Below, piece by piece: positions 18,876 through 27,047 of a stretch of DNA of 64,000 bases (its first letter is position 1; each line of letters starts with the position of its first letter). A program made the translations under genes and the position numbers. The notes below the pieces were generated by a model, which was not told where the DNA came from, did not search any database, and saw only the letters and a program-made list of their open reading frames with translations. Source of the stretch: an uncultured bacterium (GTDB lineage: Bacteria; Chlamydiota; Chlamydiia; Chlamydiales; VFKH01); contig CAZQVA010000002.1 of NCBI GenBank assembly GCA_964596685.1, forward strand, positions 12,947-76,946, in the 5' to 3' direction.

Positions 18876-20096
18876 TTATAACCGTTTTAAGGTGTTTTCA
18901 AGGGCGTCGCTAAAAGCGTCAACCTCTTGAAGGGTGTTATAAAGACCGAGAGAAACCCTGAGAAGAGAGTGTTGTGTTACACGCTTCATAGCGTGTTGCG
19001 AGCACAGATGACCGCTGCGAACAGCAATGCCTTTGAGATCTAACAAACAGGCAACATCCATCGGATGAGCACCCTCAAACCAGAGGCTAACAAGTCCTGT
19101 ATGAGAGTGTGGGAGAGCAGCAAAATGTACGCGCGGAATTTTGGTGAGATGATCCACTAAGCGCCTTAAAAGAGTGTCTTCATAATCAGAGATAGCAGAT
19201 AAACCCCATTGCTGGAGATAATCGATCGCTGCGTGAAGTCCAACGGCACCTGCACTATTAGGAGTACCTGCTTCAAACTTATAGGGAAGTTTGTTATAGG
19301 TGCTACTTTCTTTACCTACCAGATCAATCATATCACCACCGCCTTGGTAAGGCGGCATCACTTCGAGGAGATCTTTCTTGCCATAAAGTACTCCGATACC
19401 GGAAGGTCCATAGAGTTTGTGGCCTGAAAATGCAAAAAAATCCACATCAAGCGCTTGCACATCTACAGGAATGTGAGGTGCGCTTTGTGCGCCGTCTACA
19501 AGAAGTTTTCCCCCTTGAGCATGGACTAAATCTGCGATTTCTCTAATCGGTTGGATTCCACCAAAGGTATTAGAGATATGGGCGAGAGAGACGAGTTTAA
19601 CGGAATCATTTAAAAGCTCTTTTAAGTGATCTAAATCAATAATGCCGCCGTGAGTGCGGATCCATTGGATGGTAGCGCCCTTGCGCGCAGAGAGCCATTG
19701 CCATGGCACAATGTTAGAGTGATGTTCAATGTCGGAGAGGAGGATGCAATCGCCTTTATTGATAAAATAGTCACCAAAAGAAGCAGCAACAAGATTGATA
19801 CTTTCGGTTGTTCCTTTTGTGAATATAATTTCCTCTGCATGAGCCGCATGGATGAATTCTTTAACGGCATCCCTTGCAGCATGATAACGGGCGGTGGCAC
19901 GCGCTGATAATGAATGTAGAGCTCGATGTACTGCGCCGTATTCGTGACGGTAAAAATGGTCCATTGCTGAAAGTACAGACAGAGGCTTTAAGGTAGTAGC
20001 GGCTGAATCGAGATAGATAAGAGGGTGGTCGTTGATGATTTCGGCAAGGGCGGGAAAATCTTTGCGAGCGATATGTGGGTTAAAAGGCTGCATCAA
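18876..20096 (-). CDS. sufS: Cysteine desulfurase SufS (class V aminotransferase)
   Basis: The PLP-lysine region FSGHKLYGPSGIG and the active-site region VRSGHLCSQ are present. Its start overlaps the sufD stop by 4 nt. Confidence 0.9.
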   Translation of the reverse strand: MMQPFNPHIARKDFPALAEIINDHPLIYLDSAATTLKPLSVLSAMDHFYRHEYGAVHRALHSLSARATARYHAARDAVKEFIHAAHAEEIIFTKGTTESINLVAASFGDYFINKGDCILLSDIEHHSNIVPWQWLSARKGATIQWIRTHGGIIDLDHLKELLNDSVKLVSLAHISNTFGGIQPIREIADLVHAQGGKLLVDGAQSAPHIPVDVQALDVDFFAFSGHKLYGPSGIGVLYGKKDLLEVMPPYQGGGDMIDLVGKESSTYNKLPYKFEAGTPNSAGAVGLHAAIDYLQQWGLSAISDYEDTLLRRLVDHLTKIPRVHFAALPHSHTGLVSLWFEGAHPMDVACLLDLKGIAVRSGHLCSQHAMKRVTQHSLLRVSLGLYNTLQEVDAFSDALENTLKRL

Positions 20097-21328
20097 AGTT
20101 GCTCAAGAATGTCTTGGTAAAATGCATCGGCTAGTAATTGAGCTGCCGTTTCTGCACTTAAACCGCGACTTTTAAGATAAAAGAGTTGTTCTTCGTCAAG
20201 TTGTCCAACAGTACAACCATGCGAGGCTTTTACGTCGTCTGCAAAAATTTGTAGTTCAGGTTGGCTGTAAGCAATTGCATAGGGAGATAAGAGGAGATTT
20301 TGGTTGAGTTGGTAGGCATTGGTCTTTTGAGCAATAGGGTCAACAAAGATTTTCCCAGAGAAACTACTGCGCGTAGTGTCATAAAGGGCACATTTAAAAA
20401 GTTGACGTGAAGTGCATCCAGGGTGGAGATGGTCGACTTTAACACTAAAGTGGGTTTGTTCTTTGTTTTTGAGTCGTGCAAGACCAAAAAGTTGTGTATC
20501 AGCACCTTCTTGCATTAGCTGAGAAGTGATTTCTTGGCGATGGAGTAATGAACCAGTCGATAAAGATACATATTTCCAGCTGCTATTTCTCTTCTGTTGT
20601 GCACAAATATGTTCCCATGAAAAAAGACGGTCGACATGTTCATGCCACCAATGGCATTCAGCGCGACTTTCTTCTTCTAAGTGAATGTCGAAAATAGGTA
20701 GGAAGAGACAGGATGCATCGGAAAGGTCGATGGTGCGCCATTTAAACGATACGACAGACCGTTTTGCCAATGAGGTGATTAAGAGAGGGCAGACGAGTGC
20801 TGGTGTTCGACTGGTGATTAGGTTGAGGATGGCGATGGGGTGTTTTAATTCTAACTCTGGAGGGATATATAGGAATAAACCTCCTTGCCAAGCGCTAAGC
20901 GCAAGTAGGCGAAAAAAAGACCGCTCAGTCGTTAAGGATTTTTTTAAAAGTGTCTCGACAAAAAGTTGGAAGGGATGGGCGTGTTGTAAATCGCACACTT
21001 CTATTTCTTCGAGGGCTCCTTGAGCACTTAACTCGGGCTGGAAATGGCCATCAATAAAAACGAGAGTGCTCTCTTCACAACCCTTTTCAAAGAAGGCTTG
21101 GACTTGTTCTTTGGAGAGATGTTTAGAGGATGGAGTATATGAAAAAGCCTGCTGGTAAATGCGACCTAAAGGAACATTTGGTGAAGTGTTTTTTTGGGGA
21201 AGATCGCATTGGAGTAGTTGTTGCCATGCTTGTTCCCTCAAAGCAATCAGAGGATCACGGGCATTCCTTAATGGTTGCTCAAGAGATTTTCCAAAGGGGG
21301 TAGAAGAAAGAGTATTATTAAGGACCAT
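20093..21328 (-). CDS. sufD: Fe-S cluster assembly protein SufD
   Basis: The C-terminal SufB/D-type region ASHGCTVGQLDEEQLFYLKSRGLSAETA is present. It lies directly upstream of sufS. Confidence 0.85.
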   Translation of the reverse strand: MVLNNTLSSTPFGKSLEQPLRNARDPLIALREQAWQQLLQCDLPQKNTSPNVPLGRIYQQAFSYTPSSKHLSKEQVQAFFEKGCEESTLVFIDGHFQPELSAQGALEEIEVCDLQHAHPFQLFVETLLKKSLTTERSFFRLLALSAWQGGLFLYIPPELELKHPIAILNLITSRTPALVCPLLITSLAKRSVVSFKWRTIDLSDASCLFLPIFDIHLEEESRAECHWWHEHVDRLFSWEHICAQQKRNSSWKYVSLSTGSLLHRQEITSQLMQEGADTQLFGLARLKNKEQTHFSVKVDHLHPGCTSRQLFKCALYDTTRSSFSGKIFVDPIAQKTNAYQLNQNLLLSPYAIAYSQPELQIFADDVKASHGCTVGQLDEEQLFYLKSRGLSAETAAQLLADAFYQDILEQL

Positions 21329-21393
21329 AGATAGTAGAGATCTTATTCAAAGACGAGTATAGTTGGACAACCTCTAAAACTACAAGCTTCGTC

Positions 21394-22572
21394 GTGCAAC
21401 TATATTCTTATAAAGCCAAAGACCGTCTTGGAAAAAACTTGCGTGGGGTCTGTTGCGCTTTAAATTTAACACAATTGCGGCAGCAGCTACACGGGCAAAA
21501 GATCTTATTGCTTGTAGCAACACCGTACCAATTGCAGACATTGAAAGCACCTACAGGAGCAAAAATTTCCTGGTGGATGCAAATGGGGCAATTATTGCAT
21601 TCCGGCCTTGCATTATGGGACTGTCTCAATGTACTGCAAAAAGAAGCAACTCACCAGGTGATGAAAGGGGTGAGTATGTGGCTAGGTAATTACTTAAGAA
21701 CTGGAGGGAGTTTAGCAGCAGGGATGCAGCGGTTTTCTTCTCTTTTCGACCCCCAGGTGATTGCTATGATTGCAGCAGCACAAGCGACCGGTTCTTTAAC
21801 AACCACTGTAGAACAGATTACAGTGATGCTTGATAAACGTTGGAAGTTTATTAAACACCTACAAGGAGTCATGACATACCCGCTCCTACTAATGGGGGTA
21901 GCATGCGTGGTGGTAGCCGTCTTGTTGCTTTTTGTCATCCCTGCACTTGAACCTCTTTTTTCTTCTGCCCCTACAGGAATGACAGCCGTTATTATGGAGA
22001 TTAGTCATATTGCCCAAAGTTGGGGATTATGGGCGGTGGTGGGGTTGCTTGGTGTTTGTGTTGGCGGTTTTGTCCTTTTTAGAAATACAGCGCGCCTATG
22101 GATCTCATTGCTATTGATGAAAGCTCCCATTGCGGGATCTTTGTGGCAGCGTCTTGCTTTGGTGCGATTTTTTGACACAATGAGCCATTTGCAAAAAGCA
22201 CAAGTGCCTTTTATGGAGGCATTTTCCATTGCTCGCAAAATCCTGGGACATCCTCATCTGGAACGCGCATTTCGTATGATGGAAACACAGCTTTTACAGG
22301 GAAAATCTTTGAGTGTATTGCTCGAAAAAGAGCCAGAGGTGCCTCGTGGAATGGTACAATTATTACGCATTGGCGAACAAAGTGGAGACCTGGCAGCATG
22401 TATGGGTCAGCTAGCAAGTTTTTATGAAGAACAAACAAGAACAGAGTTAACAAAGTGGACTCAATTAGCACAGCCACTTATGTTGCTTTTCCTAGCAATG
22501 ATTGTGGCCGCCGTATTACTTGCTGTATTAATTCCTTTAACGCAGAGTTCTGCATTGGTAGTGGGAACATGA
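21394..22572 (+). CDS. gspF: Type II secretion / type IV pilus platform protein GspF family
   Basis: 392 aa. The N-terminus YSYKAKDRLGKNLRGV is typical of GspF/PilC, and there are three TM segments. It is followed by pseudopilin genes. The start codon is GTG. Confidence 0.8.
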   Translation: MQLYSYKAKDRLGKNLRGVCCALNLTQLRQQLHGQKILLLVATPYQLQTLKAPTGAKISWWMQMGQLLHSGLALWDCLNVLQKEATHQVMKGVSMWLGNYLRTGGSLAAGMQRFSSLFDPQVIAMIAAAQATGSLTTTVEQITVMLDKRWKFIKHLQGVMTYPLLLMGVACVVVAVLLLFVIPALEPLFSSAPTGMTAVIMEISHIAQSWGLWAVVGLLGVCVGGFVLFRNTARLWISLLLMKAPIAGSLWQRLALVRFFDTMSHLQKAQVPFMEAFSIARKILGHPHLERAFRMMETQLLQGKSLSVLLEKEPEVPRGMVQLLRIGEQSGDLAACMGQLASFYEEQTRTELTKWTQLAQPLMLLFLAMIVAAVLLAVLIPLTQSSALVVGT

Positions 22573-22937
22573 AAAAGAAGAAAAATGCTGTCACCCTTAT
22601 CGAAATGATGGTGGTGATTTTATTGATTGGCTTGATTGCAGGAGTTTTAGCCTATAATTTCCGCGGCAGTCTTGATCAAGGCAAGGTCTTTAAGACAAAG
22701 GAAGGAATTCAGCGTCTTGAAAATCTCTTGACGTGGGAAATTGCTAATGGAAAGTCACTTGACGATATACGTGAGAATTGGGAAAGCATTGTTCCTTTGT
22801 CCCCCTTAGGTGGCCAGGCAAAAGATCTATTACAAGATGGCTGGAATCAACCCTATACAGTAGATGTTCTCGATGATGGACAGGTCATTGTGCATTCATC
22901 AGCTCTCGATGCTTGGTATGTCGCGCATCCACAGTAA
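22569..22937 (+). CDS. gspG: GspG-like major pseudopilin
   Basis: The sequence MKKKKNAVTLIEMMVVILLIGLIAGVLAYNF is a prepilin-type N-terminal methylation domain. The start forms an ATGA overlap with the gspF stop. The cleavage motif is A/V rather than the usual G/F. Confidence 0.75.
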   Translation: MKKKKNAVTLIEMMVVILLIGLIAGVLAYNFRGSLDQGKVFKTKEGIQRLENLLTWEIANGKSLDDIRENWESIVPLSPLGGQAKDLLQDGWNQPYTVDVLDDGQVIVHSSALDAWYVAHPQ

Positions 22938-23376
22938 GCGATCCTTTTTCACCCTACTTGAAATGATGCTTGTTGTGATTTTAGTAGGTCTTTTATTTAG
23001 TATAACCTTGCCGCGTGCATGGAAATTGTGGCGGCAGTGGCAAGAGGAACGTCTTATTACACACTTACATCATCGCATCGAATTGGTAGAGCAGCTGGGA
23101 CATTTGCTAGATCTGGATGTCGTCATGCATTTCGACCAGCAAGAAGATGGTCTGCATTTTTCTATTGAACGCCCAGCTGCGCTTGCTATGCGACATTTTC
23201 TCTGGCTGCAAAAACCTCTGCATCTTCCCTCTATATATCAATTTTCTGTAGATGAGAAGGTACAGGATCATTACCAATGGCATATGTGGCCCAATGATGT
23301 GGAGTATCCTGGGATAACATTACGTGGATCTGCTTGCTATCACTTATCTCAAAAAAACCAAAAAGATCATGTGTAA
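22918..23376 (+). CDS. Minor pseudopilin-like protein (GspH-like)
   Basis: The sequence MSRIHSKRSFFTLLEMMLVVILVGLLF is a prepilin-type N-terminal domain. The start could be ATG 22909 or 22918. The stop codon lies inside the palindrome at 23369-23387. Confidence 0.6.
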   Translation: MSRIHSKRSFFTLLEMMLVVILVGLLFSITLPRAWKLWRQWQEERLITHLHHRIELVEQLGHLLDLDVVMHFDQQEDGLHFSIERPAALAMRHFLWLQKPLHLPSIYQFSVDEKVQDHYQWHMWPNDVEYPGITLRGSACYHLSQKNQKDHV

Positions 23377-23400
23377 CCGTTACACATTCGACTTTTAAAG
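23369..23400. repeat. Copy of the modular dispersed repeat (palindrome plus ttcgacttttaa) between convergent genes
   Basis: Bases 23369-23387 (atgtgtaaccgttacacat) are identical to 6055-6073. The following ttcgacttttaaag is the reverse complement of the ttaaaagtcgaa module. Confidence 0.8.
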
Positions 23401-23404
23401 AAGT

Positions 23405-24127
23405 CTAAAGAATACGGCGACTGGAAAGACGCGTGGGTAGTGGTAGCTGAGGGGTGTTTTCAATGGTGAATTGCGTGGCCATGTGATTCTTGAAGGCGGT
23501 AAAGAAAGCTTCTTTGGAAGGAAAATGAGGTTGAAGCGTGCAGAGGAACTCTTCGTGAGAGCGATTCGAACGATAGTTGGGTTCTTTTGGAGGATGCTTT
23601 AAACGATTCATGTGGAGGGGGTTATAGTCCCATAGCCAACTTGTATGGTGAACGAAACGATGTTTCGTAATATATTGAGCGTTGCCGCCACATTTTTTGC
23701 CTCCAATGACGTAGTCATTCTCCCTTAAAGCAAAATCTGGATGATCAATGACAGGTGTATACCACTGCGCACTCCATCGCATAATCTCTTCGGGAAATGC
23801 AGGTGTTGAAAGGTGAGTTTTGTCAAAAATTAGGGAGATGAAGAGCGTGTTTTCGTCGACAGCAACGGTGCCTCCTCCGCTATAGCGTTGAATTAGGGGA
23901 GTATCTTGCAGTGTGTTCAGATGAACCCATTGTTCTGATTTCCCTGAAATTCCCATGACGATTGCAGGAGGGGATCCACTGTTGATAATGCACCAATTGC
24001 CAAAGCCATGACGCACAAGAGCTTCTTCAATCCACAGTTGATCCAAAATAAATAGTGACGAGAGATCAAGCCAATAAAGTGTGTTATAAGAGGACGGCTT
24101 GGTTGCGTCCATGATGTTTTGCGTCAT
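23405..24127 (-). CDS. lplA: Lipoate-protein ligase A family (BPL/LplA/LipB domain)
   Basis: The motifs RYSGGGTVAVDENT and GGKKCGGNAQY match the LplA catalytic-domain pattern. The start is uncertain, at 24127 or 24112. Confidence 0.65.
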   Translation of the reverse strand: MTQNIMDATKPSSYNTLYWLDLSSLFILDQLWIEEALVRHGFGNWCIINSGSPPAIVMGISGKSEQWVHLNTLQDTPLIQRYSGGGTVAVDENTLFISLIFDKTHLSTPAFPEEIMRWSAQWYTPVIDHPDFALRENDYVIGGKKCGGNAQYITKHRFVHHTSWLWDYNPLHMNRLKHPPKEPNYRSNRSHEEFLCTLQPHFPSKEAFFTAFKNHMATQFTIENTPQLPLPTRLSSRRIL

Positions 24128-25016
24128 AAAGTGCTTTGTCAGCCTTTTGAAAGAGCTGTTCTAGAGAATCAATACGGCTATTGAGTGTCGCAACTCCAAT
24201 AGATATTGTAATAGATGTCGTATGTGAATTGATAGGAAAAGTGTAAGCTTCTGTAAGGCGTACAAGTTTTTTAGCAACACTTAGCGCTTGGATCCCTGTC
24301 GTATGGGGCAAAATAACCATAAACTCCTCACCGCCGAATCGTCCAATAAAATCACTTGTGCGTAAATGATTGTATAAGAGCGCGGCGAAGTCCTTGAGCA
24401 CCCTGTCTCCCGCTAGATGGCCCCAAATATCATTGATTTCTTTAAAGTGATCGATGTCTGCGATCATGAGTGAAAAGGGCAGGCGCATTTTTTTTGCATT
24501 ATGGAACTCTCTTTCTGCATGTTCAAAGAGCAAACTCCTGCTGCACACTTTTGTTAATGCATCTTTTTCAACCATTTTTTTAAGGTGGCGATAGCGTTGA
24601 GTCTGCAATTTACGTGTTTCATTCTGCTGTAAAGCGACTTGTAGAGAAAATTGTAAGCGCTTAGTGTTGAGTGGCCAGAGAAAAATATGTTGAATGCCTC
24701 TGTCAATCGCTTCAGGAATCTGTAGTGAAGAGGGAGAGTGAACGAAGAAAAGATAGAGAGTGTTTGGTTGTCGAAAGGCATACCAAGTTAGTCCTGCGAT
24801 AGATTCATCCACAATGACTGCTTTGGCAGGTGTGGTGAGTAAATCGCTTGGATGGGTGGTAGTAGAAATACTCTTCTTTTTAAATGCATATTTGCAGCGA
24901 TGAATGAGATCTTCATTGTCGGATAGTATCAAAAGCTTGTCTTTTTCTATCATTTCAGGGTATAACTTTCTATTACGTTTCGAGTAGGCAGTAGCTCTAT
25001 AACGAGAGGGCCGCAT
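24084..25016 (-). CDS. Diguanylate cyclase (GGDEF domain) with an N-terminal receiver-like domain
   Basis: The active-site GGEEF is present in IGRFGGEEFMVIL. An RxxD I-site (RTSD) lies 5 residues upstream. ADIDHFKEINDIWGH is also present. The N-terminal segment LLILSDNED...AVIVDES is REC-like. ATG 24953 (MIEKDKLLIL) is a more likely start than 25016. Confidence 0.85.
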   Translation of the reverse strand: MRPSRYRATAYSKRNRKLYPEMIEKDKLLILSDNEDLIHRCKYAFKKKSISTTTHPSDLLTTPAKAVIVDESIAGLTWYAFRQPNTLYLFFVHSPSSLQIPEAIDRGIQHIFLWPLNTKRLQFSLQVALQQNETRKLQTQRYRHLKKMVEKDALTKVCSRSLLFEHAEREFHNAKKMRLPFSLMIADIDHFKEINDIWGHLAGDRVLKDFAALLYNHLRTSDFIGRFGGEEFMVILPHTTGIQALSVAKKLVRLTEAYTFPINSHTTSITISIGVATLNSRIDSLEQLFQKADKALYDAKHHGRNQAVLL

Positions 25017-25074
25017 TTATGTGTAGCTAAACTCATCGTTTTATATCATACTGCAATCTTTTGGAGAAGATAAC

Positions 25075-25164
25075 ATGGCGTCTGTAAAGAAAAAACGCAA
25101 ATACAAGATTGCGAAGCATAAACGCAAAAAACGCAGCAGAAGAGATAGACATAAGACACGTTAA
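25075..25164 (+). CDS. 29-aa highly basic micro-protein, bS22-like (AURKAIP1/COX24-type) candidate ribosomal protein
   Basis: The translation is [34 protein letters not shown] lies 8-11 nt upstream of the ATG. The ORF ends 2 nt before the mnmG ATG. It is below the size cut-off of the ORF track. Confidence 0.55.
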   Translation: MASVKKKRKYKIAKHKRKKRSRRDRHKTR

Positions 25165-25166
25165 CT

Positions 25167-27020
25167 ATGTGGCGTTTTCCTGTCATCTATGATGTCATTG
25201 TAGTAGGGGCGGGGCATGCGGGGTGTGAAGCGGCGTATGTCGCTGCACGACGCGGTGCCCGAACCCTCATGCTTACAATGAACCTCGATACCATTGCCAA
25301 GATGAGTTGTAATCCGGCAATTGGAGGAGTAGGGAAAGGGCATATCGTTCGTGAGATCGATGCGCTTGGTGGCATTATGGGCAAGATAACGGATCGCACA
25401 GCGATTCAGTTCCGTATGCTAAACGCTTCTCGCGGTCCAGCTGTTTGGGCACCACGTGCTCAAGCGGATAAGGCTGCGTATCAATTAGAAATGAAGCGTG
25501 TTCTTGAATTACTTCCTAATTTAGAAATCAAGCAGGGAACCACCGAAGGTCTGTGGATTGAAGATGATCGCATTTGCGGCGTTCACACTCTAGAGGGGAT
25601 TACCTATCAAGGAAAAACGGTTGTTCTTTCCGCAGGTACCTTTATGCGAGGGTTATTGCATTTAGGACAGACACAATATAGTGGTGGACGTGCGGGTGAT
25701 AAGCCATCGGTAGGTCTATCTGCAGATTTAGAAGCCCTTGGATTCCGTTTAGGACGTTTAAAGACGGGGACCCCCCCGCGCATACATAGTTCATCCATTG
25801 ATTATAGCTCTTGTGAACTGCAGCCCGGAGAAGATGGGGTTTGTTTTTCATTTGATGCACCTGAACCACGTTTACCGCAGGTTCCTTGTCATATCACTTA
25901 CACTACTGCTCAGACAAAAGAGATTGTAAATAAGAATCTCCATCGCTCAGCTATGTATTCTGGTGCAATTCGGGGCGTGGGGCCTCGTTATTGTCCCTCT
26001 ATCGAAGATAAATTTGTACGCTTCGCTGATAAAGAGCGTCACCAAGTCTTTTTAGAGCCTGAAGGTCTCAATACGCAAGAAGTTTACGTCAATGGGATCT
26101 CTACATCACTGCCTGTTGATGTCCAACATGACTTGATCCGCTCTATTGTTGGGCTTGAGAATGCACAAATTATGCGTCTGGCCTATGCTATCGAATATGA
26201 TTATCTCATCAGCGGACAAGTCGACTATACTTTAGAGAGTCGCACGGTTAAGGGGCTCTTTTTTGCTGGGCAAATTAATGGAACAACGGGTTATGAAGAA
26301 GCAGCAGGTCAAGGGCTTATTGCAGGAATTAATGCTGTCAACCGCGCTTTTAATCAGTCTGCATTCATTTTAAGTCGCAATGAGTCCTATATTGGAGTCA
26401 TGATTGATGATCTCATTAATAAAGGGTTGGGAGAGGAGTTTGGTTGCCAAGAGCCTTACCGCATGTTTACTAGCCGTGCTGAAAATCGCTTAATGCTGCT
26501 ACAAGGGAATGCGGATTTAAGACTACGCAAATATGGGTATGAACTTGGGCTAATTGATCAGCAGCCCTATGAAGCATTGGTAAAAAAACAAGCATGTATT
26601 GAGCATGAATGCCAACGTCTGCAAAAAGTTTTTGTTCAGATCAATGGAAAGGGATATTCTTTGGCTCAGTTGCTGGCGCGTCCTGAAAGCTCCTATGCTG
26701 AATTGCAAGCGCAATACCCAGAAAAACTTGATCCTCTGCCTCAAGATGTAACTCAACATATTGAGTGGAATTTACGCTACGCAGGGTATATCAAACGGCA
26801 GGAAATTGAGATTCAGAAACTCGAACAAATTGATACAATCGAAATCCCTGAAGACTTTAGTTATGCGAGCATTAAGGCGCTGTGTCGAGAGGCACGTGAA
26901 AAACTCTCCCGCATTCGCCCTAGGACTTTAGGTCAAGCTTCGCGCATCAGTGGGATTTCTCCTGCAGATCTCTCTATTTTGATGGTGACGCTGCGGAGAA
27001 CATGTACCCATTCTACCTAA
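25167..27020 (+). CDS. mnmG: tRNA uridine-5-carboxymethylaminomethyl modification enzyme MnmG (GidA)
   Basis: The FAD motif [14 protein letters not shown] is present and the 617-aa protein is collinear with GidA. The last five codons and the stop lie in the left arm of the 27005-27047 hairpin. Confidence 0.95.
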   Translation: MWRFPVIYDVIVVGAGHAGCEAAYVAARRGARTLMLTMNLDTIAKMSCNPAIGGVGKGHIVREIDALGGIMGKITDRTAIQFRMLNASRGPAVWAPRAQADKAAYQLEMKRVLELLPNLEIKQGTTEGLWIEDDRICGVHTLEGITYQGKTVVLSAGTFMRGLLHLGQTQYSGGRAGDKPSVGLSADLEALGFRLGRLKTGTPPRIHSSSIDYSSCELQPGEDGVCFSFDAPEPRLPQVPCHITYTTAQTKEIVNKNLHRSAMYSGAIRGVGPRYCPSIEDKFVRFADKERHQVFLEPEGLNTQEVYVNGISTSLPVDVQHDLIRSIVGLENAQIMRLAYAIEYDYLISGQVDYTLESRTVKGLFFAGQINGTTGYEEAAGQGLIAGINAVNRAFNQSAFILSRNESYIGVMIDDLINKGLGEEFGCQEPYRMFTSRAENRLMLLQGNADLRLRKYGYELGLIDQQPYEALVKKQACIEHECQRLQKVFVQINGKGYSLAQLLARPESSYAELQAQYPEKLDPLPQDVTQHIEWNLRYAGYIKRQEIEIQKLEQIDTIEIPEDFSYASIKALCREAREKLSRIRPRTLGQASRISGISPADLSILMVTLRRTCTHST

Positions 27021-27047
27021 AATCCAATTCTTCAGGTGGAATGGGTA
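27005..27047. repeat. Minimal copy of the MITE arms, forming a 14-bp hairpin between convergent mnmG and fmt
   Basis: Bases 27005-27018 (tacccattctacct) pair with 27034-27047 (aggtggaatgggta), with one mismatch and a 15-nt loop. Bases 27019-27047 match the right TIR region of the 6102-6264 element. Confidence 0.8.

Noticed and set aside
24900-25200. Possible replication origin next to mnmG (gidA)
   Set aside because: I looked for clustered DnaA-box-like 9-mers (ttatccaca variants) here and in the other intergenic regions. I found only isolated partial matches, and no dnaA or dnaN is nearby.
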